Below are positions 25,553 to 36,230 of a DNA stretch of 64,000 bases, piece after piece. A model generated the notes under the pieces. The model ran no database searches and had not been told where the DNA came from. It worked only from the letters and a program-made list of their open reading frames with translations. A program made the translations under genes and the position numbers. Source of the stretch: Isurus oxyrinchus (lineage: Eukaryota); the NCBI GenBank assembly GCA_026770705.1, contig JANJGN010000052.1, forward strand, positions 1,612,001-1,676,000, in the 5' to 3' direction. Every line of letters starts with the position of its first letter. The stretch's first letter is position 1.

Positions 25553-25943
25553 ATAGGAACCACTGCCTTAGACACTGAGGATCTAGGACAGCTAGGCCAA
25601 TTCATGATTCATGATGGTGATAATGGGGGAATTCTGAAGGCTCCTAATCCATTGTCCTAGTTTGTAAATCAGCAGTGAACTCACTTCAATTAGTGTGTCT
25701 TGTAGACACTGTGTTGGGTGGAAGACTGGCTTCACTAAGCAGGTTCCTGAGGGCCATGAGCCAATGTAGAATGAACTTGTCCACTCCTGTATCCAGGATT
25801 CTCTTCAATGTGTTGTGAAACATTGGGGCATTCATTGTGAGTCCAGACTGCAGCCACTGTGCCCCAGTGATGGAGGGGGTGGATTTTGAGTCTAGTGGAT
25901 TGACAAAACATTCAGAGTTAAATATTGATATTTCTCCCCCTAG

Positions 25944-26309
25944 CTGGACTACCACAAGTGTGGAAAGGTGACACTCCACGAGAGGTGACAGCGCAGGAAG
26001 GTTCGTGTGTACAGATTCCGTGTCATTACAGCTACCCATCATATTTAGTACCGAGATCACCTGTTGGAATCTGGTATATGAGAAGGAATTGGGAAAGATG
26101 GTCTATAGCCTTTCACTCCAAGGATCACAGTCGCAAGTTACCACGGTTCCACCATCGGACCCGGCTTTCTGGAGACCTGAAAGATGGTGACTGTTCGCTG
26201 ATTATAAACAACATCAGACGGGAAGATGCAGGATATTATTTATTCAGAACAGATTTTGACAGCAGGAATAGATACAACGACCGTCCTGAAACCCAGCTTC
26301 ATGTTTCTG
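25944..26309 (+). CDS. Gene B Siglec-type V-set exon 1 (divergent loops)
   Basis: 366 nt, phase 1-1; GSCVQIPC, DCSL, YYLFR. Confidence 0.92.
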
Positions 26310-27189
26310 GTAAGTGCTGTGTTATAATTACTCAACAATTCACATCCAACACTCAATGGGAAATAATAGTGTTTGATTTGCTTGTTTTTTTGCCGTGTTA
26401 ACCAGCGTCACTATTTTTAATGATTTGTCTATTTCTGCTCCCAGATCCATGAGCTTATTGTGTGTGATTGAATCCACATCATAGCTGTAACGTAAACCGA
26501 GCTGAGGGGTGATGACACCTCCCCCCTGAGTAAAGTGTCTCCTCCCCACTACACCTTCCACCCCTCACACTGTCTGTGTAATCTCCCGTCCCATCCCCAG
26601 CCTCTCTTTCCCCTCCAAAGTCCTGCAACGTGTTTCCATCTCCCGAATCCGTTCCCATCTTTCCCGGAACTCCATGTTTGAATCCCTTCAATCAGGTTCC
26701 CACCCCAGCCACTGTGCTGAAACAGCTCTTATTTTTATTGAGCCAATGCCAAGCCCCGATACCGAGCGAGAGCCTCCTCATTTGCTGAGTTTAAGGTGAT
26801 GAGTCAGCCCCTTAGTCCGTAGAGGGGATTCTCCTCGGTAATGTGCAGCCTTGTTTGTGTCTCTCCACAAGCGCATGAGGGATTTGTACAGAGGCTGCAG
26901 CGCTGGAGGGGGTCTGCACAGGGGTCCTGGCCTGTCCTGAGCCAGTTTTAGCAAGGACAACTCTGGCCTTGGCAGCTGAAAGCCAGCCATTGGACAGACG
27001 GGGCCTGTCACAAGGAGCCTGTTAGTCACTCCCCCCCGTGTCTCCTGTGCTCGGATCCAGACCATGTTGGCTGGTGGATCTGGCTCAGGAAGGGTCCTCC
27101 CCATGGGACCCCCCGATGGAAGGTGGGTCGAGCGGGTCATTCACTTGCATGTTTATTCTGCAGCTTTAATATTTTAAGAAGGTAAGAAT

Positions 27190-27920
27190 GTAGGAACATA
27201 AGAAATAGGGACAGGAGCAGGCCATTCGGTCCCTCCAGCCTGCTCTCACTGATCTGGTTGCGGCCTTAACTCCATTTTCCTGCTTGTCCCCCAAACCCTT
27301 GACTCCCTTGTCGATCAAAAACCTGCCTCACTCAGCCTTGAGTCTATTCAATGGCCCAGCCTCCACTGCTCTCTGGGGAAGAGAATTCCACAGGCTAGCG
27401 CCCCTCTGAGAGAGGAAATTCCTCCTCATCTCAGTCTTAAATGGGAGAGCCCTCATTCCGAAACTGTGCTCCCTGGTTCTAGATTCCCCCACGAGGGGGA
27501 AACATCCTCCCAGCATCCACCCTGTCAAGCCCCCTCGGAATCGGATATGTTTCAATAAGCTCACCCCTCATTCTTCTAAACTCCAATGGATACAGGCCCA
27601 ACCTGCTCAACATTTCCTCACAGGACAAACCCTTTAATCCCAGGAATCAGCCCAGTGAAGCTTCTCTGAACTGCCTGTACACAATGATCCTGTTACAATC
27701 TCACTAACACCCTGTGCAGCTGTTGCAAGACTTCCCTCCTTTTATACTCCATCCCTTTGCAATAAAGACCAACATTCCACTTGCCTTCCTCATTCTGTGG
27801 TGTTCCTGAATGCTGACTTTCTGTGATTCATGTACCAGGACACCCAGATCCCTCTGTACTGCATTCTGCAGCCTGTCTCCATTTAAATTATATCCTGTTT
27901 TTCTATTCTTCCTGACAATA
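27190..27920 (-). mobile_element. CR1 LINE 3' fragment
   Basis: FKTEMRRNFLSQRGASLWNSLPQRAVEA and VQRDLGVLVH. Confidence 0.85.
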
Positions 27921-28039
27921 TAATTTGTTGCCATTCTCCTCAGTATTGACCATCCCCCCAATTCAGCCTCATCTGTAAATATTGGGTTCAGTGGATCCAC
28001 AAACCATCCAGAGATAAATATTGAGATTTCTCTCCCCAG

Positions 28040-28405
28040 CTGAACCCTCGCAAGAGTGGAAAGGTGACAATCCACGACAGGTGACAGTGCAGGAAGGTTC
28101 CTGTGTACAGATTCCATGTCATTACAGTTATCCATCGTGTCTGGAAAACCAACCGCGAGGTGGAGTCTGGTTTAATAATGAGGAATGGAGAACATCGTCT
28201 ATAGCCTTTCACTCCAAGGATCACAGTCACGAGTTACCACGGTTCCACCATTGGACCCGGCTGTCTGGAGACCTGAAAGATGGCGACTGTTCCCTGATTA
28301 TAAACAACATCAGACGGGAAGATGCGGGTCCTTATTTTTTCAGAATAGAATTTGACAATGGTCCGAGCCATAACTATTACCCTGTAACCCAGCTTCACGT
28401 TTCTG
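28040..28405 (+). CDS. Gene B Siglec-type V-set exon 2
   Basis: 366 nt, phase 1-1; GSCVQIPC, extra Cys in PSCL, DCSL, YFFR. Confidence 0.92.
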
Positions 28406-29133
28406 GTAAGTGCTGTGTTATAATTACTCAACAATTCACATTCAACACTCAATGGGAAATAACACAAACTGTGACATTTACATATTAACACAAAACACAG
28501 CTTATTATAACACACTGTCTGATTCTCAATAACCTGGTGATAGCTTCCAATTCACTCCTAAAGCAACCTCTAATACTCACTTTAATATCAATGATTAAAT
28601 GTATTGACTGTGTCCATCAATGTTATCAGGTTATCCACTCCTATCGATCTCTCTAATCCTGTCTCGAAGTCTGACTTAGCGACAGAAGAAAGATTCACAT
28701 TTCTGTAGCACCTTTCACCACCTCAGCATGGACCAAATCACTTCACAGCCAATGAGCTGATTCCTGAATTGTAGTTACTATTGTAATGTGGGAAACACAG
28801 CAACCAATTTGCATACAGCAAGCTCCCACAAATTGCAAAGTAAAAAATGGCCCAGATCGCTGAGGGACTGATGGGTTAGTGCACTCCAAACTCTGGTCTG
28901 CTCCACCACCCTCACCCACTATTATCAGTTCAAGTGTCTCGGAGTGAACGTGTATTAAGCTGAGAGACAGAAACACCAAAGTCTCAAAGCAGGAAATTCT
29001 CTCCTAATCATTGTAACCTCTCAGATCTGATATCATCCTTGTAAACGTGCTTTTTCTTGTGGGACTGTGATTTCTATTTGAACTGATGCTTCACGTTATA
29101 TTTCTCTAAAAGGATCCATTCTCTGTCTGTTAG

Positions 29134-29430
29134 ATTTCACAGATAAACCCACGATATTCCCTGCTGAAATTATTGCAGGAAAGCCTGTGGATGTAAGCTG
29201 CACCTTCAACACAACGTGCAATGGAACAGCAGCACCTGTCTTAACCTGGGACACTCCCACTGACGTACCTGGATCAGTCTCAAACACTGTAACTCAGCAT
29301 GGTGTCACTCTGACCTATACTTCTGTTCTGACCCTGATCCCATCACTCCAACACCACAGACACACTCTCAGCTGCAGAGTGAGATATCCATCTGTTTCAT
29401 CGGAGCGGACCCTCGTACTAACTGTGCAAG
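29134..29430 (+). CDS. Gene B Siglec domain-2-type C2 exon
   Basis: 297 nt, phase 1-1, near-identical to 5762-6058. Confidence 0.9.
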
Positions 29431-29753
29431 GTAATTACATACACCTTTCATTCTACATCAGCACTCCCTCAGTGCTGACCCTCTGACAGTGCAGCCCGTT
29501 CTCAGTGTCCACATTCTCAGGCCACTCAAAGTGCTTCACAGTCGATAGAAGTTAACTGATCTTTATTTGATTGTTGCTGAATGAAGAGACAAGCTGTCTA
29601 AACTTTACATCTCACACACATTATTTTCCATGGCAACACCTCCTCCAATCAGAGACCACTTGCTGATTAACCAACACTCTCTTCCCTTTAAATATAAATT
29701 GTTGTTCACTTTCTGTTGGTAAACCTGCAATCTGTCTTGTTGAGTCCGGTCCT

Positions 29754-29905
29754 GACATCTGAATATCACAATGAACAGAACAAGTTCCAACAATGAGCTG
29801 TGGTTGGTGATTCCTCACGTTACATCCAGGGATACTGGAGACTATCAGTGTGCTCAGAGAATGAACATGGAGCAGTGGAGGGGTTCATAACCATCACTGT
29901 GGAAC
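29754..29905 (+). pseudogene. Dead C2 exon of gene B (5' half missing, 1-nt frameshift)
   Basis: Matches the 3' half of the 282-nt C2 exon; TGTGCTCAGAG versus intact TGTGTGGCAGAG. Confidence 0.85.
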
Positions 29906-31019
29906 GTTAGTTAAGACAAACTTCAACATCTCTCTCAGATTGAAACACTACAGAAACACACATAAATATCCAGCCTTAAATAGACACCTGCAGACACACA
30001 ATCCCACATCTATGAGCACACACAAAGACACACTCACAAACAAACACACTAGCACATACTCCCCTGTGGATTACCTGACCTCCCTCAGTGCTGCACCGGA
30101 GAGTTGACCTGGATTCTGGGATTTGTGTTCCCTTTCATATTTATGGAAGAATATGGAAATTGCAAAGTCTATTACAGACACTCAGATGCACAGAGATACT
30201 CACAGATACTCTCTGCCTCTCCAACTCTCTATCCTCCTTTAAGAACCTTCCTGAAATCTAACTCTTTGACCAGTCACCAGTCCCAATTCCTCCTTACGTG
30301 ATTTTGTGTGAAATTTTGTTTGAGTATCTGAGAGTAAGAGGGAAGTGGAGAGGTTTAGGAAGGGAATTCCTGTTGCTGAAAAGCTTACATCAAGTTCTCA
30401 GCTTTCCAGTGCCCATTTTTCACATGATGTCCATGTTCATAATGGGGATTGCCTATGTAAACGTCACGCTGTAGTTACACTCTCCCACCAGTGGTAGCAC
30501 GGTAACACTTAACCCTTGCATCTCCAAGCTTTTCAAGCAATTTCACTTCCTAATTTCCTACTATTCACCTCAACCATTCCCTGTGGGAGTGAGTTCCATA
30601 TTCTCCCCTCTCTCTGGGTAAAGATTGGAACTGTTTATTAAGCGGGGGGTGTAAGTCCGTGGGGGAGTCCATCCCGATACTGCCCGATTCGCACACACGG
30701 CTGAGATGGATTTTCACCCGGCACTAAAGGTTTCCAGAATTTTCTACAGCACAATCCTGTACACAGCGATGGAGAGAAACATTGGACAGGGAGTCCAACA
30801 GCACAATGATCCATTCTCACCAATGTTCCACGCTAAGGGGAAAGTTCCGATTGTCCACTCTTAGAGTGTTTACAATGAAAACATTCATTCCACATTGAAT
30901 CCCAGTGGATGGGTCAATATTACAGCAAATGTTGCAGTGATATGAAGCTTGATTGTTCAGCCAGAGTGAGAGATTGAAAGCGGAGAGTCAGTGATGATTT
31001 CTTTCTGTGTGTTCTCTAG

Positions 31020-31159
31020 ACAGTGGAGGAGAGATTCTGCACGTGATCCTGATCCTGGGAATACGAGCTGTGATATTCCTTGTGGCTGTGGTTATCACTA
31101 TCACTGGAGTCTGTGTCTGGGAGAGACAAACAGTGAAAGGAAGTCGACAGACTGTTTGA
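31020..31159 (+). CDS. Gene B terminal TM exon (D)SGGEILHVILILGIRAVIFLVAVVITITGVCVWERQTVKGSRQTV*, Arg in TM, activating type
   Basis: Pyrimidine tract ttctttctgtgtgttctctag; phase 1 matches the upstream donor; long hydrophobic stretch; stop at 31157-31159. Not in the ORF track. Confidence 0.8.
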
Positions 31160-31542
31160 AGCTTTGTACAGCAACAATCTGGTCAGTCAGTGCGGACAAA
31201 TAACGTGTGATGTTGTGTTAAGTTGTAATGAAACTGGTCAGTGTCCTGGTTATAATCATCTCCGTATCATCGAATCATTCCTGCAATGGAGGAGGACATT
31301 TGGCCCATTGAGTCTATGCTGTCTCTCTGTAAAGCAATCCACTCAGTCCCATCCCCTGCTCTATCCCCGTATCCCTGCAAATTTATTTCCAATTTCCGTC
31401 CAATTTCCTTTTGAAATTGTTCATCGAATAGGAATGAACAGAAATGTGACGTTGCTAAACTCTGTTCTCTGATTGGAATGTGCTTTCTGAATGCTGCACC
31501 TTTTTCATGCTGCGATAGATTGTAAGAAGCATTTGGCTTATG

Positions 31543-31548
31543 AATAAA
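31543..31548 (+). terminator. Candidate polyadenylation signal AATAAA for gene B
   Basis: About 385 nt after the stop; ATTAAA follows at ~31571. Confidence 0.4.
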
Positions 31549-31889
31549 ATTACATTGATTAACTCAAGTGATTAAAATGCTCAACCTGTTCTGTAGATAT
31601 TTAAAGATTAAAATTCTTGTTTTGCTGCAAAATACTTGGCTCAAAGACATAGCTTCCTGTTGTCACGTTTTCCAATCAGATGAATTCCTCTGTCCATCTT
31701 TATAATAGAAATTTCCAATGTAAACATGTCACATTGTAACTGCACACTCTTGCCAGTGGCTGGTGTGATACCAAAGCTGTCTTGCTGCAGAGAAACAGCG
31801 AGAAATATTCCTGTTGTGTGCATGAACTTCATGTTAGCATGAGACACAGGCATCAGATGAAATTTTGTGCAATTTGTACAATGTTCTTT

Positions 31890-32375
31890 AGACAGTGCAG
31901 CACTCCCTCAGATCAGACCCTCCGACAATGCAGCACTCCCTCAGTTCAAACCCTCCGACAGTGCAGCACTCCCTCAGTTCAGACCCTCCGACTGTGCAGC
32001 ACTCCCTCAGTTCAAACCCTCCGACAGTGCAGCACTCCCTCAGTTCAGACCCTCTGACAGTGCAGCTCTCCCTCATTTCAGACCCTCTGACAGTGCAGCA
32101 CTCCCTCAGTTCAGAGCCTCCGACAGTGCAGCACTCCCTCAGTTCAGACCCTCCGACAGTGCAGCACTCCTTCAGTTCAGACCCTCCGACAGTGCAGCAC
32201 TCCCTCAGTTCAAACCATCCGACAGTGCAGCACTTCCTCAGTTCAAGCCCTCCGACAGTGCAGCTCTCCCTCAGTTCATACCCTCCGACAGTGCAGCACT
32301 CCCTCAGTACTGAACCTCCGACAGTGCAGCACTCCCTCAGTACTGAACCTCCGACAGTGCAGCACCCCCTCAGTT
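31890..32375. repeat. 33-bp minisatellite, variant unit (…CTCAGTTCAGACCC…)
   Basis: Tandem units. Confidence 0.9.
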
Positions 32376-33499
32376 CTTCTCTGCCGATGCTGCCAGACCA
32401 GCTGAGTTTTTCCAGGTATTTCTGTTTCTGTTTCTGTTTTGGATTTCCAGCATCCGCAGTTTTTTTGCTTTTAGTGCTGGGCAGTTCCTCATCAAGGATT
32501 CGGGCCACAAAACATTGCGAGTGCTGTGGGTCTGCGCCACGATTTAGAGAGCTGTGCTTGGCATGCCTATTCTAGTCCCAGTCCAGTGTGGTGGGGACAG
32601 CCTGGCAGTCCTGGGTTGGTGGTGCCCAGCATGGTGTGCAGGACGTGGTCAGTCCCTCACACACGTCCATCCTGGGGGTGGGTGGCTTGATACTAGGCCG
32701 CAGGTGGCACAATCCCAGTCAGGGGAGGCATCTGCAGCCTGTCAGTGGGGAGCAGGTAATATAGAGAGTAGGGGTGGGGGTGGGAATCGAGGGGGGCCGG
32801 TGGTCTCTGTAAGTCACAGTACAATGGGCCTCTAGTTGGAGAGAGGTCAGGTCTACATGGGGCATTGGGATGTCAACATCAGACAGTCTAGGGAGGAGGA
32901 CTGGGATGTCAACCCCGAACACAATAAGATCAAGGATTAGAGAGGAAGGGAGGAGACTGATTGGAAGAAGGGGAATGTGCACATTATGCTCCTCCAGCAC
33001 GATGGGAGGGACTGTGATGGTTACGGGGGTTGGGGGGGGTGAAGTGGGAGGGGATAGAAGCTTACCTGGTGGTATTGCCTCAGCCCCACCCTTTTTCAAG
33101 CTGATCCAATGTCGCAGTTGAAGAATAAGCTACAAAACAAATTGGCAGGGGAGGTCTCCCAGGGCCTGTGGGAGACATCACCCACTGCACTCGTAGGCCT
33201 GTTTGAAGGGGCACCCGAACAATTCCGGCTTTTCCAAATGATGAGGAAGACACAGCTGCACCCCGAGTCCCCTACTGGGGATCCAGACGGTTGCAATAGC
33301 GCTGCGAGGGACTCATGGGCTCCACAGTGACTCCCTAATTAGCGACTGGAAGGTTTATGTTCATTTATCTTTATTATCCGTTCATATTGAGCAATGGAGC
33401 TCCTGATTTGTCACCTTTCTGTACCTCGTCCAATGCTTCTGTTATCAGGACTTCCACATCGATGTGAAAGAGCCATGATGATAGCAGACAGTCGCACAA

Positions 33500-33710
33500 T
33501 GGGAATGGCACTAGGCCAGTGATCCAGAGGCCCAGGTGAATGCTTTGAAGGCACGGGTTCAAATCCCACCACGGCAGCTGGAGGAATTTCGATTCGATTA
33601 ATCAATAAATTTAATTGATTGATACATTTTTTTCTTATTCATTTCAGGGATGTTGGTGTCACTGGCTAGGCCAGTATTTGTTGCCCATCCCCAATTGCCT
33701 TTGAGAACAT
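33500..33710 (+). mobile_element. tRNA-derived SINE head plus LINE-like tail
   Basis: B-box-like GGTTCAAATCCC at ~33556. Confidence 0.55.
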
Positions 33711-33719
33711 ATGGATATC

Positions 33720-34650
33720 TGAGTTAGGATCAGGAGTAGGTCACTCAGCCCCTCGAACCTGCTCCGCCATTCAGTAAGATCATGGCTGATCTGATTGTCA
33801 CCTCAACCTCACATTCCTGTCTACCCCCAATGACCTTTCACCCCCTTGTTAATCAAGAATCTATCTAGCTCTGCCTTAAAAATATTCAAAGACCCAGTTT
33901 CCACTGCCTTTTGAGGCAGAGTGTTCCAAAGACTTACTACCCTCTGAGAGAAAACATTTCGCCTCATCTCTATCTTAAATGAGCGACCCCTTATTTTTAA
34001 ACCATGACCGCCTAGTTCTAGATTCTCACACAACAGGGAACATCCTCTCCATATCCACCCTGTCAAGACTCACCTGGATCTTAAAGGTTTTAATTAAGTT
34101 GCCTCTTACTCTTCTAAACTCCAGTGGATACAAGCCTAACCTGTCCAACCTGACCTCATAAGACAACCCGACCAATCCTGGTATTAGTCTAGTAAACCTT
34201 CTCTGAACTGCTTCTAATGCATTTACATCTTTCTTTAAGTAAGGTGACCTTACTGTACAGAGTACTCCAGATGTGGTCTCACCAGTGCCCTGTACAACTG
34301 AACATAACCTCCCTACTTTTCTATTCAATTCCCCACACAGTAAATTATAACATCCCATTAGCTTTCCTCATGACCTGCTGTATCTGCAAACCAGCCTTTT
34401 GTGATTCATGCACGAGGACACCCAGATCCCTCTGCATCTCAGAGCTCTACCATCTCTCACCTTTTAGATAATAATCTTCCTTCTTGTTCTTTCTGACAAA
34501 ATGAACACTTTCACATGCGCCCACATTATTCTCCATTTGTCAGATCTTTGCCCACTCACTTAACCTATCGATGTCACTTTCTAACCACCTTACATCCTCT
34601 TCACAATTTACTTTCCAACCTATCTTTGTGTCAGCAGCTCATTTAGCCGC
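33720..34650 (-). mobile_element. CR1 LINE 3' fragment
   Basis: LEAVQRRFTRLIPGL, FKIEMRRNVFSQRVVSLWN. Confidence 0.88.
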
Positions 34651-35124
34651 CATTCCTGGGCAGTCCAGGTGCTTCTCCACCGAGGTTCAAATGAGCACAG
34701 TTTATATATTTTTTACTCTCAGTTACAAGGTAATGGTATTAGTTAGACAAAGGCCACAGCACAATGACCCTCCGGTGGGCTGATAATTGTGTTCTTGTAC
34801 AGTAATTACAGGGCAGAGACTGGCTATTGTCCTTTTGAGACAGCAAAGAATCTATGTTTGTTCGCTACAAAAGGTTTCCGGAGGCTGACTGGATGTGGTT
34901 CAAGGCCAATCGGAGGGTGTGAAATAACCTTCCCCATTTCTTGATTGAGTCACCCTGTGTCCTTGTGTGTGTGTCTCCCATTTCCTCATTGCAAATTTAC
35001 AGCTGAACCCTTTGTACAGGTTTTTAGCTTTCACGTAAGGATGTGATTGTCTGTGTACGCTTTGTCACCCTAGCTGCTGGTCCTGGCTGGCTCTTTAAAA
35101 TAAATCCAAATTTTCTGCACCTTC

Positions 35125-36230
35125 AGTGAGATTCTCTCTTGTTGGAGCTGGTCATTGCCTGGCACTTGTGTGGCATGAATGTTACTTATCACCTGTCAGC
35201 CCAAGCCTGGATGTTGTCCAGGTCTTGCTGCATTTGGACATAACTTGCTTCAGTATCTGAGGAGCCGTGAATGATGCTGAACATTGTGCAAACATCAGCA
35301 AACATCCCCACTTCTGACCTTATGATGGAAGGAAGGTCATTGATGAAGCAGCTGAAGATGGTTGGGCCTAGGACACTACCCTGAGTAACTCCTGCAGTGA
35401 TGTCCTGGAACTGAGATGATTGACCCCCAATAATCACAACCATCGTCCTTTGTGCTGGGTATGACTCCAAGCAGCAGAGAGTTTTCCCCCGATTCCCATT
35501 GACTCCAGTTTTGCTCGGGCTCCTTGATTTGCCACACTCAGTCAAATGCTGCCTTGATGTCAAGGACAGTCACTCTCACCTCACCTCTGGAGTTCAGCTC
35601 ATTTGTGCATGTTTGAACCAAGGCTGTAATGAGGCCAGGAGCTGAATGATCCTGGTGGAACACAAACTGAGCGTCAGTGAGCAGGTTCTTGCTAAGCAGG
35701 TGCTGCTTGAAAGCGCTGTTGATGACCCCTTCAATCACTTTAGTAATGATCAAGAATAGACTGCTGGGTAATTGGCTGGGTTGGATTTGTCCTGCTTTTT
35801 GTGTACAGGACGTACCCCATAGCCGGGTAGTTGCCAGTGTTGCAGCTGTACTAGAAAATTCCAGAAAAGCTTGGCTAGGGGCGCAGCAAGTTCTGGAGCA
35901 CAAGTCTTCAGTACTATTGCCAGAATATTTTCAGGGCCTGGAGCATTTACAATATCCAGTGCCTTCAGCCCTTTCTTGATATCACGTGGAATTAATCGAA
36001 TTGGCTAAAGATTGGCATCTCTGATGCTGGGGACCTCCGGAGGAGGCCGAGATGGATCACCCACTCAGCACTTCTGGCTGAAGATTGTTGCGCATGCTTC
36101 AGTCTTGTCTTTTGCACCGATGTGCTGGGCTCCTCCATCATTGAGGATGGGGATATTTGTGGAGACTCCTCCTCCAGTGAGTTGTTTAATTGTCCACGAC
36201 TGGATGTGACATCTGGAATGCGAAGCTAGT
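35125..36230 (-). mobile_element. LINE reverse-transcriptase fragment
   Basis: LDIKAAFD, GVTQGSVLGPTIFSCFINDL, MFAD. Confidence 0.88.

Noticed and set aside
30991-31203. ORF-track 70-aa protein over the TM exon
   Set aside because: Wrong frame; the phase-1 frame gives the hydrophobic TM.
33500-33590. tRNA gene
   Set aside because: Only a B-box-like motif in a SINE head; no cloverleaf evident.
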